From positions 1 to 34,644 of IMG/VR virus record IMGVR_UViG_3300005613_000223: a DNA stretch of 34,644 nt, one strand, 5' to 3'. This DNA is from a virus. Taxonomy: Duplodnaviria; Caudoviricetes. Position numbers and translations under genes: made by a program. Each line of letters begins with the position of its first letter. The stretch's first letter is position 1. The notes under the pieces were generated by a model. It was not told the DNA's origin. It saw nothing but the letters and a program-made list of their open reading frames with translations, and made no database searches. Below are positions 17,500 through 26,202 of the stretch, piece by piece.

Positions 17500-18567
17500 T
17501 TAACACCCTGCTTTTAATTCAGGGCGTTTGGCACCTACTTTCTTAAACTTTTTTCTAAACGGTGGAACCAACAACTTTTCCACCGCTCCATCGCTATATC
17601 TTGCATCATGTGCTTTCATGATTTTTTCTCTAATTCCTACCAATTCTTTGCTTGCAAACTTCTCTAATGTTTCTCTAAATGGTTTCACTTTAATGCGTTT
17701 ACTCTTTAGTATTCCTTCTTCTGAACAGTTATAGACATTTACATCAGCAACCTCTATAACTTCTTTTAACCATGCCCAGAAACAAATAAAAGTGTTGTGG
17801 GTTAATCTAAACCCTCCATTGATATCAGGGAATAATCCACATCCACCCTTTAATTTAACTGCCTTCTGAAAGTTGTATTTGTTCTCTGCTATCTTATCCG
17901 CATACACCTTATCAGGGGAAGGCCAAGACAAGTCCATACCTATAAACATAATGGGTCGGGCGCCTGACATTGCCGCAAATCCGAAGCAACTGCCCGTAGT
18001 GAGTACTCCGGCTGGCAACGCCCCCTTCCTACCGGTGTGATAAGGTGCCATTTCTAACACCATACTAGAAGGGTCTTTTATGTTGTAGACTGAACATTGT
18101 CTCGGCTCAACCCGTCTAAAAACTTCAGGATGACATATCGGAGGTAATATCGAATATGTCTTCTCACAATCTATACAATCAAAATTATCCTTCTGCTTCT
18201 CTGTCGGGTCTACCACAATCACAAAATCCGGTGGTAGATTATGAGCCATATATGCCGGGAGAGCTGCATCACAAGCTATGATAATTATGTTCTTCCTATA
18301 CTCTTTCAGCAAATCCCAGTGTCTATCCAATGATGGGCCTGCCCCTGAACACACCATAGGCATCCCTTTAAATAAGTTCTCAAACCCAAGTATACCTGCA
18401 TAGTCTTTTACAATTCGGATGTTCCATAAGAAGTTTTTTAAATGTGCTTCCATTAACTGCTTAGAACACATTTCAGAATGTTCCTGCTTGTGCCTGTCAA
18501 GCACATCCCCTGCCATATACTTCTCAGGGTCAACCTTAATACTTTTTGTAGAGCTTCGCAAAGCCAT
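17500..18567 (-). CDS. DUF115 / Maf (motility accessory factor) / MptE-like protein, putative glycosyltransferase
   Basis: FKGMPMVCSGAGPSL, IIIACDAAL, PDFVIVVDP, PIMFIGMDLS and VYNCSEEG are signature motifs of the family. Confidence 0.8.
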   Translation of the reverse strand: MALRSSTKSIKVDPEKYMAGDVLDRHKQEHSEMCSKQLMEAHLKNFLWNIRIVKDYAGILGFENLFKGMPMVCSGAGPSLDRHWDLLKEYRKNIIIIACDAALPAYMAHNLPPDFVIVVDPTEKQKDNFDCIDCEKTYSILPPICHPEVFRRVEPRQCSVYNIKDPSSMVLEMAPYHTGRKGALPAGVLTTGSCFGFAAMSGARPIMFIGMDLSWPSPDKVYADKIAENKYNFQKAVKLKGGCGLFPDINGGFRLTHNTFICFWAWLKEVIEVADVNVYNCSEEGILKSKRIKVKPFRETLEKFASKELVGIREKIMKAHDARYSDGAVEKLLVPPFRKKFKKVGAKRPELKAGC

Positions 18568-19129
18568 GTTGTGCCTCCCTCGCTTTTAGGCTTGTAACTT
18601 CCTTGAGCCTATATCTGTTAATAATATTGTCCCACCACCCCTTGGGTTTGACCGTTTCATGTAACCCTAAATCAGGACGAAACATAGCCGGGACTGTCGC
18701 AACAGTTAAATAAACATATTTCTTTGCCACCCTCACTAATTCGCTTACCGCCAATGCACAATCGGGTTCTGGTATATGTTCTAAGACCTCTGTACAATAA
18801 ACAAGGTCATATGACTCAGCTTCAAAGGGGAGTTCTTGTATTCTTCCAGGTACTATCAGGTTATTCACTACAAAAGGTCTTAACATATTTTCATAGAGAT
18901 ATTTACACACCTCTACGCCCATGACCTCTTTCCCCTCTTTAAGAAAATACGTTAATGCATATGCAGGTCCACAACCTACATCAAGGACACTCTTAAACTT
19001 TATCGCTGCTGCCACGTGCGGGGCGTGGTCCAGGCCGCAACTTACCTCGTAGTACCTCATGTCCTGGTATACTATGTCGTACTTCGCCTCCGCCTTCCTT
19101 TGGTAGTCTTTTCCAATTTGCATCGCCAA
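18536..19129 (-). CDS. Class I SAM-dependent methyltransferase
   Basis: SVLDVGCG, VMGVEV, LPFEAESYDLVYCTEVLEHIP and ELVRVAK motifs. Confidence 0.9.
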   Translation of the reverse strand: MAMQIGKDYQRKAEAKYDIVYQDMRYYEVSCGLDHAPHVAAAIKFKSVLDVGCGPAYALTYFLKEGKEVMGVEVCKYLYENMLRPFVVNNLIVPGRIQELPFEAESYDLVYCTEVLEHIPEPDCALAVSELVRVAKKYVYLTVATVPAMFRPDLGLHETVKPKGWWDNIINRYRLKEVTSLKAREAQHGFAKLYKKY

Positions 19130-19159
19130 CCTCCTTTTTCCACTTCGCGTCTCCTACCT

Positions 19160-19342
19160 TCATTTCACTCTCTTGTTAAAGTACTGTAAGTTCTGATAGA
19201 ACTCTGTATATTCGTTTTCATCCATAATCTTCTTTCTAATCACGTAAAAATACTTGTCGCACTTCGGGCAGAAATGTTGTATATGGTTATCGTCTATATC
19301 AACCATTATTTCGCCGCATTTTGGACAAGTTTGTTTCTTCAA
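19160..19342 (-). CDS. Small zinc-ribbon protein
   Basis: Two CPKC motifs. ATG probably at 19339. Confidence 0.6.
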   Translation of the reverse strand: MKKQTCPKCGEIMVDIDDNHIQHFCPKCDKYFYVIRKKIMDENEYTEFYQNLQYFNKRVK

Positions 19343-20043
19343 ACTCTCCTCCCCGTAAACGGATTAGTCCACCATTGGCCTGTTAAAGGTGCTACATGAG
19401 CCTGAAATCCCCTAGCTACTGGTTTCCAATCTTCTGCACTATGATCTGTAGCTAGTGAAGCATCAAAGAGAGTAGGTACTAAATTAGCACCCCAGTAAGC
19501 TGCATCTTCTAATTCTTTAAGCATCCAAAACCCAAACGTAGTAGTCATGGCTACTACTAATGCATCCTTTCTCAAAAGCGTTAATACCTCTGCATCATCT
19601 GTAGAATCAGTTTCAAAGTCGGTAGGGTAAATTGAACACCTTAGAACTAAGGAATAAGCTGCATCTGGTATTGCAGATAACTGGAAGTTAGTCCCGTAGT
19701 CTACATACATACTAGACTTTCCCTCAGAGTAAACAGCAGGTCTTGGAATATGGGTGTCATAATCCCTAGCCCTCACATACGTCAAAATCCTGGATGAAGC
19801 ACCGTCTTGTAGTGTCATAGAGTAAACATCTTTCATCTGACTAGGAAATCCATACCTTGCTGTTCCATCGATGGTAGAGCCTGTGTAGATTTCTCTCATT
19901 TCTTCATAAGTATGCAAGTCAGCCAAATAGCCTTGAGCCCAGTTAACCCAGCGAATGATACGGGCGTTTGTGACTGCGGTAGAAGTCCTTTTGATGTTTT
20001 CTCTTACCTCGTCATAAATGTTTTCTAATGTCATAGCCATCAT
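19339..20043 (-). CDS. Head-tail adaptor (tail tubular protein A-like)
   Basis: MTLENIYDEVR...IIRWVNWAQ...GTARYGFPS...IPDAAY pattern. Lies after the capsid genes. Confidence 0.7.
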   Translation of the reverse strand: MMAMTLENIYDEVRENIKRTSTAVTNARIIRWVNWAQGYLADLHTYEEMREIYTGSTIDGTARYGFPSQMKDVYSMTLQDGASSRILTYVRARDYDTHIPRPAVYSEGKSSMYVDYGTNFQLSAIPDAAYSLVLRCSIYPTDFETDSTDDAEVLTLLRKDALVVAMTTTFGFWMLKELEDAAYWGANLVPTLFDASLATDHSAEDWKPVARGFQAHVAPLTGQWWTNPFTGRRV

Positions 20044-20531
20044 TCACCCCCTCGGATTGTAGGAGGCGGTTGAGACTTCTCTTTAAAGTAAGTATGTTCA
20101 CCAACTCTGCTAACGGCATCCATTTCTTTAGCCCAATAGGGAACACCATACTTTTCAATGTTTTCAAAGTGTGTAGCTCCATTAGTGTTGTCCGGGATTT
20201 GTCCGTTGATTACTCCCGATACCGTTTGTTTAATTTTGGCCATTACATTCCTTTCATACTGGTTCATATCCTTACCGCCATTAGCAGTAAGTTTGTACTG
20301 CTCGGAATTTTTTCTTACAGATGATAGTGACTTATTCAAAACCTCATTCCAACTTTCTCCATACTTACCGCTTTTCCTTCTGTTGTTCATGGTATGAGCA
20401 ACGGCAGCCCAAGCCTGTGGCCCACCCATAGCATCTTCGGCATAGACACCTCTAGCCAATTCCTCAATGTCCAATTCCTGCTGATTTAACGCGCGGGCAG
20501 TAAAGCTCTGTTCTTGTTGACTACTAGCCAT
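20040..20531 (-). CDS. SleB-like cell wall hydrolase (Hydrolase_2 family)
   Basis: LARGVYAE (catalytic Glu), AVAHTMNNR, PDNTNGATHF, PYWA and VGEHTYF. GAGGAGG RBS before ATG 20531. Confidence 0.85.
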   Translation of the reverse strand: MASSQQEQSFTARALNQQELDIEELARGVYAEDAMGGPQAWAAVAHTMNNRRKSGKYGESWNEVLNKSLSSVRKNSEQYKLTANGGKDMNQYERNVMAKIKQTVSGVINGQIPDNTNGATHFENIEKYGVPYWAKEMDAVSRVGEHTYFKEKSQPPPTIRGGE

Positions 20532-20541
20532 ACCCACCTCC

Positions 20542-20748
20542 TCATGCATTAATTTTGACCCAGGTCGTATTTTCAACGGTGCATATATACCAGTTGTTAT
20601 TAGTAGCGTCCAACACCAGAGTACCAACGGGGGCGTATGGAACACTTCCTGCTGAGGGTGCATCTGTTAATGTTTGTCTATCAATACATTGATAAATGTC
20701 TTTAGAACCATTGAACACCTTCTCTGCTAATCTCCGTTTCAAACTCAT
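20542..20748 (-). CDS. Small putative structural protein
   Basis: AGGAG RBS. APVGTLVLD...WYIC...TWVKI is a fibre-like motif. Confidence 0.6.
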   Translation of the reverse strand: MSLKRRLAEKVFNGSKDIYQCIDRQTLTDAPSAGSVPYAPVGTLVLDATNNNWYICTVENTTWVKINA

Positions 20749-20777
20749 TTTTTATCTCCTTTTTCTCCTGTTAAGAT

Positions 20778-20807
20778 GGTAGGAGGCCACCGAAGCGACC
20801 CCCCACC
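20778..20807 (-). terminator. Stable C(UUCG)G hairpin after the capsid/decoration genes (terminator or mRNA stabiliser)
   Basis: GGUGGGGGGUCGC-UUCG-GUGGCCUCCUACC on the minus strand, with G-U pairs. U-tail is weak. Confidence 0.65.
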
Positions 20808-20818
20808 GAATTTTCTTT

Positions 20819-21631
20819 CTATGGGTATAGATTCAGCTTTACTAAAGCTGCATCCGCTCCTGCAGTTGTGCAATCAACTAACCCATCCCCTATCCTTGGT
20901 AATGTTCCATCACTAGCATCTGCTTGACCTGCGGTTGTACTAAGCATAAGCTGTAGTCCTCCACATGCTTCGTGTCCGGTGTCAACCTGAATCATACTTG
21001 GCCCCCATGTCTGAAACCATCCAAAGGAACTAGCTGCGATTTCAACTAAAGGTACCCCTCCCGGTTGTTCGTCGACAGTCGAATCACAAGGTCTCATCTT
21101 CTTCCATGGGTTCATCATCAAAGATATTCCGGTTGTAGAGTCAGTTGTTGCTGTAACAATCGGGTCATATAACTCGATTGCGACAATATCACTTGCCATT
21201 ACTGAATTTCTTTTGATTTTGTAAATCTGGTGATAATCCACACTCGCGCTATCAGTCAGAACTACATATCCATCTACCAGTAAGTTCTTCGTGACATTGT
21301 CAAGTCTATCTGCGTGTGTAACCGCTAACCACGTATCACCAACTGCTAAAGCAGCGGTAATTGCTGGTTGGTCAGTGAAAGCTGTTCCTGCCGCTAATGC
21401 GCAACAATTCCCATCTTCCAATAAACCACCCGAACCACCTACCAACGATTGGTCGGGTCCGCAAATCTCTGCTGGCGAACAACTTGCTACAGCCTCACCG
21501 TAGTAAAATGTTCTTTCTCCAATCTTAAGCCTCGTACCAATACGGTGCAGTTGAGTGGTACTTGCCTCATAGATTGACTGTGCGGGAGTATTACTCCCTA
21601 TGTCACTACCCCATCTATTTGGTGCACTCAT
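20819..21631 (-). CDS. Putative capsid decoration/cement protein, paralog 2
   Basis: QSIYEASTTQLHRIGTRL...FYYGEA and FGWFQTWGP motifs. Downstream of the capsid gene. Confidence 0.65.
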   Translation of the reverse strand: MSAPNRWGSDIGSNTPAQSIYEASTTQLHRIGTRLKIGERTFYYGEAVASCSPAEICGPDQSLVGGSGGLLEDGNCCALAAGTAFTDQPAITAALAVGDTWLAVTHADRLDNVTKNLLVDGYVVLTDSASVDYHQIYKIKRNSVMASDIVAIELYDPIVTATTDSTTGISLMMNPWKKMRPCDSTVDEQPGGVPLVEIAASSFGWFQTWGPSMIQVDTGHEACGGLQLMLSTTAGQADASDGTLPRIGDGLVDCTTAGADAALVKLNLYP

Positions 21632-21655
21632 AATAATCCCTCCTTAATCTGTTGC

Positions 21656-22465
21656 TTACGGATAAATCTGTAAACAAACTAGACCTGCGTCCGCATCGTA
21701 ACTTGTTACGTCAACGAGACCATTTCCAATGTGTGGCAAAGTTCCATCACTCGCCACTGCCTGTCCTGCTGTGTCATCCAACATAAGTTGAAGTCCGCCC
21801 ATTGCTGCTGCATCAGCTATCTGAATCATGCAAGGACCCCAAGTTTGAAACCAACCAAACGAGTTGGCTGCAATCTCTACAAGAGGAACTCCACCTAGTT
21901 GTTCATCAACAGTTATGTCGCAAGGTCTCATCTCTTTAAATGGGTTCATCATTAGTGCTACACCAGTTGTTGCATCTACTGTTACCGTAGTGGTCGGGTC
22001 GTACAACTCAATCGCTACGATGTCAGAAGCCATTGCTGAATTTCTTTTGATTTTGTGGATTTGATGATAGTCAGCGTCTGCTGAGTCTGTCAGTAGCACA
22101 TACCCGTCTTGAAGCATGTTCTTGGTCACGTTATCCAGCATATCTCCGTGAGTAACCGCTAACCACGTTGAGCCTGCCGCTATTGCTGCTGTGATTGCTG
22201 GCTGGTCTGGGAAAGCGGTACCGGCTGCCAAAGCACAGCAAGAACCATCAGGGAGTAATCCCATTTTGCTTCCAAGTAATGAACCATCTGGCCCGCAAAT
22301 CTCTGCTGGCGAACAACTTCCTGCCGCCTCACCATAGTAGAACACCCTTTCTCCAATTTGTAGGCGTGTTCCAATCCTGTGTAACTGTGTTGTGCTTGCT
22401 TCGTAAATTGATTGAGCTGGGGTTTTTGTACCTACATCTCCACCCCATCTTTTAGGTATACTCAT
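21656..22465 (-). CDS. Putative capsid decoration/cement protein, paralog 1
   Basis: Same motifs, colinear with 20819..21631. Immediately follows the capsid gene. Confidence 0.65.
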   Translation of the reverse strand: MSIPKRWGGDVGTKTPAQSIYEASTTQLHRIGTRLQIGERVFYYGEAAGSCSPAEICGPDGSLLGSKMGLLPDGSCCALAAGTAFPDQPAITAAIAAGSTWLAVTHGDMLDNVTKNMLQDGYVLLTDSADADYHQIHKIKRNSAMASDIVAIELYDPTTTVTVDATTGVALMMNPFKEMRPCDITVDEQLGGVPLVEIAANSFGWFQTWGPCMIQIADAAAMGGLQLMLDDTAGQAVASDGTLPHIGNGLVDVTSYDADAGLVCLQIYP

Positions 22466-22549
22466 CTTTTTCTCCTGTTGTTAATAGATAGATAACCTAA
22501 CTATCTATCTGGTTCGTACGAAGGGTTAGGTCCATTAAGTCCTAGTAGC

Positions 22550-25467
22550 TTATTCAGCTATGTCGAACAATACCCCTTGTTTTCTCGCATTGTCCATACA
22601 CAAATTACCAACTGTCATGCTATGTGCCACAACATCTCGCGGTTGGTTCACAATCGGCAGCCACTCACCTAATGAGAAATTCTCAATAGGGTCAGCTACA
22701 AACGACATGTGATTTGTGTTTAAGAGATACAGTGAACCAGAGGGACAAGAAGGTGACCAAGTCATTGGTCTTCCCTTGTATGCTAATTCACCATAGCCCA
22801 TATCTGCGATTTTCTTGTCGCTAATCATTATTCTTGAAATTTCTACAAGTTCGCTCTCATAGAACTCATGAACGTCTTGAGCACATACGATTATGTCTGG
22901 GAATCTTGTAACTCCCTTTCCATACTTTCCGCACTCATTAAATGCTATGTTCATTCTCTTTCTAAGATAAATGGACGCAGCATAAGAGCTCATGTCAAAG
23001 TAGTAGTTCCTCCACCAACTATCAATTATGTTAATCTTACAGTTTTGCTTCCTGTAAGTTCAGACTATCACTTGCCTCAACTTGAGGCGTAGCTTGATTA
23101 GTCGTTACTGCTGCACTGGGAATATGCACTTTTTTTAATTCCTTCATCTTTAAATAAAAGGTTTCATATCTATCAAGAAGATACTGTGGAGAAGGTTGAT
23201 ATCTTCCATTTTTACGCTGTTGAGTTTCTCTATTTTCTTGAAATCTTATTCCAAGTTCTGCTTGTTCTTTCTTCCCTTTTAAAAATGGCAATATCTCTTT
23301 TAGAAACTTTTTAGCTTTTTCTCTGCGTATCTCCCAACGATAAACTGGCAAAGAACCTAACCCATATTGCTGTGATACATAAACCCAACCTCCAAAAGTC
23401 CCATACATAAAATCTATAGAGCCTCCATCAGTCATATTTATGTTTATTTGGAGAGAGTATTCAGCATTTCTACTTCCATTAGGGTGTTTCACTTTTTTTA
23501 TCTGAATACACCCTTCTCCATCCATTAACCCTGCTGCATATCCTCTTTGCCATGTTTTTCTACCTTTCATTGCAACTCCCATGCTTGCAAGGGGTAGCCA
23601 TTACAGGTTTTCCCCTTATTAAAGCTACTTTTAGCATCGCTATTGTTGGTAGTTAACGATGCCCTGTTAATACTTCCTATGGTTCCAGTTGCAGGTGCTT
23701 CAGCTACGAGATTTAACAACCCGTTAATCTCTTGACTGTTGTCTGCGGTTCCGTCATTAAAGAGTGAACTCTCAAGTTGGTCGGTCAAACTTGCCTGAAG
23801 TGTGTCAATATCGCTATTGACTTTATTTATTAACGCGGCCTTTCCTCTATTCTTTTGAAAATCTGCGAAGTATCGGATTATATGACCGGTTAAATATCTC
23901 CACTCAAAGTGAGCGACTGTCAATGGGTCAGTGTCTTGTAATGTAACAGAACCACCCTTACCAATGTACTGAACTGATTCATTCTTTGCGTAACGTAAAG
24001 GTATTTCGATTTTCCTTCCGCCAGTTTGGTTACCAATCTTTCCCTTCTTTTTAAGAAGATACCAGACACTATACCTACACCTTTGCTATCGATGTAGAGT
24101 GGACTGTCGCATACTTATCTTTTAACTTACTAGCTAAAATGATAAGTTCCTTTCGCTCAGTGCTCTGCAGCTGCACGGCTTCCTCAGAATCCCAACTTCT
24201 TTTATTTAAGCTTTTCATCTGAGTATGGAAAGATTTCCTTAAAGATTTGGTTTCTTCAGACAATTTATGTTCATTATTAACCGTATCTCTAAATGCTATA
24301 GCTAATTCAGCTTGCTCTTTTTTTACAATAAGATAAGGCATACATTCCTTAAGAAGTTCTGTTGATTTATCATCGTAGTGATACCATTCCCATTTAGTCT
24401 TATAGCCTTCCTTAGTTTTTCTGCGGTATATATACCCACCAAATTTGGATTTTAGCCATTTGATTAATCTCAAATCAGTGTTTACAACATATACACGCAT
24501 TCTGTAGCAATCTCTTGTAGGTCCAGAATAATTAATATTTATTCCTCCTTCACCATCTAAGATACCTGCAAGATAACTATATGCATATCTATCCACGCCT
24601 GCTTGCTGAGGATTACCCCATTCACTCATTAGAGGGCTCCCCCGTTAATCAGAAAGGATTTAGACACCGCTCTGCGCTGTGCTAACGGTGTGGCTTCAAA
24701 GATGTTGTCGATAACCTTTTTCCTACGCAAATACCAAGTCGATTTTGTTACCGTTCAGTCGTCTCTACTGAACTTCTACACATTCCTGTGTAGTCCGGGT
24801 CATATCTTCCCTGTCGGGAGGAGCGCTTATATCCGTTATTTCAGGATTGACCTCCACACCTTCTGCATCAGACTTTTTAGTAAGTGCAGCTTGGCTCGGT
24901 ATTATCCGTTCTGGATTTCCACCGAATTCACCCCTTTTTGTAGCAGGCTGATGAGTTTGCAGACTTTTAAATTCTTCATAAATAGCTTTCCGCCACTCGC
25001 GTTGTTCATCAGTAAGTTTGTGGGTTGATTTACTTTGCATATTTTTTCCCATATGATACATAAGCTCACACCTTCTTCTCTTAGTAATCGTGTAAGGGTA
25101 AATATGCTCGATTAAATCTATTACATCTTTATGAGATGTAACATTCCACAACCAATAAACAGAATCTTTTGGCTGATGTTTGGAATAGGCTTTCTGTTCA
25201 TAAACATGCCCAACTCCAGTATGTTCATATAGCCAATCAATGATTTCTTTTTCCTTACAAGTGACTTTAGCTCCAATTCTGTAACTATCAGGGGTATTGG
25301 TCTGTTTTGTCATATAAAGGCAGCCATCTGCATCGATGGAACCTGCGATATATGCAGCCTCAACATCTGATAGTAATTTTAATCTGCGAAGTATCATCCT
25401 ACTCCACCTTCTTGTTTAAAGTGGTGTACATTGTGTTTAGACTTTCTGTGTTAGTATTTACTGCCAT
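22550..25467 (-). CDS. Major capsid protein, spliced: exons 25420-25467, 24685-24739, 23656-24066, 22550-23022 (987 nt, 328 aa)
   Basis: Joined exons give one continuous frame: MAVNTNTESLNTMYTT|TWYLRRKKVIDNIFEATPF(split codon)WYLLKKKG...GGRKIEIPLRY...INRASY(split codon)SWWRNYYFD...PDIIVC...GNLCMDNARKQGVL. Follows the scaffold gene. Confidence 0.9.
23023..23655 (-). mobile_element. Group I intron 3 in the capsid gene (633 nt)
   Basis: P1 GCAUCGU/GCGAUGC with U-G splice site and terminal G. P3 GUAGCUU/AAGCUAC. P7 GACUA/UAGUC. Confidence 0.9.
23037..23582 (-). CDS. Intron-encoded LAGLIDADG homing endonuclease (probable start ATG 23570)
   Basis: YAAGLMDGEGCI, FGGWV and LPFLKGKKEQAELGI. Confidence 0.9.
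   Translation of the reverse strand: MGVAMKGRKTWQRGYAAGLMDGEGCIQIKKVKHPNGSRNAEYSLQININMTDGGSIDFMYGTFGGWVYVSQQYGLGSLPVYRWEIRREKAKKFLKEILPFLKGKKEQAELGIRFQENRETQQRKNGRYQPSPQYLLDRYETFYLKMKELKKVHIPSAAVTTNQATPQVEASDSLNLQEAKL
24067..24684 (-). mobile_element. Group I intron 2 in the capsid gene (618 nt)
   Basis: P1 ACACCGU/GCGGUGU with U-G splice site and terminal G. P3 UCCUUUC/GAAAGGA. S element GCGACAGUCC. Confidence 0.9.
24075..24629 (-). CDS. Intron-encoded LAGLIDADG homing endonuclease
   Basis: YLAGILDGEGGI, KFGGYI and PYLIVKKEQAELAI. Confidence 0.9.
   Translation of the reverse strand: MSEWGNPQQAGVDRYAYSYLAGILDGEGGININYSGPTRDCYRMRVYVVNTDLRLIKWLKSKFGGYIYRRKTKEGYKTKWEWYHYDDKSTELLKECMPYLIVKKEQAELAIAFRDTVNNEHKLSEETKSLRKSFHTQMKSLNKRSWDSEEAVQLQSTERKELIILASKLKDKYATVHSTSIAKV
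24740..25419 (-). mobile_element. Group I intron 1 in the capsid gene (680 nt)
   Basis: 5' exon ends in U paired to G in P1 (CCACU/GGUGG) and the intron ends in G. P/Q elements GAAUUCGGUGGAAA...AAUACCGAGCCAAGC. P7 GGUCA/UGACC. Confidence 0.9.
24765..25397 (-). CDS. Intron-encoded LAGLIDADG homing endonuclease
   Basis: AAYIAGSIDADGC motif, GVGHVY and IYPYTITKR. Confidence 0.9.
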   Translation of the reverse strand: MILRRLKLLSDVEAAYIAGSIDADGCLYMTKQTNTPDSYRIGAKVTCKEKEIIDWLYEHTGVGHVYEQKAYSKHQPKDSVYWLWNVTSHKDVIDLIEHIYPYTITKRRRCELMYHMGKNMQSKSTHKLTDEQREWRKAIYEEFKSLQTHQPATKRGEFGGNPERIIPSQAALTKKSDAEGVEVNPEITDISAPPDREDMTRTTQECVEVQ

Positions 25468-25479
25468 TTGTTAGCTCCT

Positions 25480-26202
25480 TTATTCATCTGATTTCTTGTT
25501 TCCAAATGACTTTCGGTACGCGAACTCGGCAGCTTGTTCAGCTGACATGTCCTTTTGTTCCGTCGTACTTCCAGCCACTCCGCCTTTCTCAGTAATGAGG
25601 TCTTCCTCTTCTTGTGCTCTTTTAGCAGCCGCTTTCTTTTCTTCCTCACTTTGAGCAAGATGTTCTAGCTTAAACTGCTTATAGCATTGTTCAGCTCCCC
25701 AAGAAGGATTTGCCTTTGCTATTGCAAAAATCTCCTTCTCGTTCTCGGTCCATGATGGTCCACCATCGCTTCCGTCATACTTAGATTTTGTCATTGAAAC
25801 ATCGAGACGGGCAAAAGCTAACCCGATTTTATCGTCTAAGGCTTTTTGATTTTTCCCGATACTTTCAGTGATTCCTCTAAGTTTGCTTTCCACGTGTTTG
25901 ACCACAAATTTCGCGACTTCCGTATTGGTAGCTCTATCAAAGTCCTCACTACCTTCAAAAGCTGACTCTTGACTACCCTTTCCCCCTCCACCTTTTTTAG
26001 ATTCAAGGTACTCAAGATAGTCCTCACCAAGAAGCTCTTTGTTAGCATCACCAAGTTGGCGTTCGAGGGATTCTTTCGCTCCCCCTAATTCTTCATTCTG
26101 TGTCTTCAACTTACCCAGCTCTTCATTCATAGCTGCTAGTTGTTGGGTCAAATCGCCTGACCCGCCATTTCCTCCGTTACCTGTCCCAGCTTCGCCTGTC
26201 AT
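25480..26202 (-). CDS. Capsid scaffolding protein
   Basis: Acidic, coiled-coil-rich protein with a short C-terminal helix, directly upstream of the capsid gene. Confidence 0.65.
   Translation of the reverse strand: MTGEAGTGNGGNGGSGDLTQQLAAMNEELGKLKTQNEELGGAKESLERQLGDANKELLGEDYLEYLESKKGGGGKGSQESAFEGSEDFDRATNTEVAKFVVKHVESKLRGITESIGKNQKALDDKIGLAFARLDVSMTKSKYDGSDGGPSWTENEKEIFAIAKANPSWGAEQCYKQFKLEHLAQSEEEKKAAAKRAQEEEDLITEKGGVAGSTTEQKDMSAEQAAEFAYRKSFGNKKSDE

Noticed and set aside
20532-20663. N-terminal 44-aa extension of the hydrolase ORF
   Set aside because: It overlaps gene 20542..20748 in another frame, and a strong RBS precedes ATG 20531.
22550-23923. ORFs 22550..22993 and 23567..23923 as separate genes or a capsid pseudogene
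   Set aside because: They are exon fragments that join in frame after group I intron removal.
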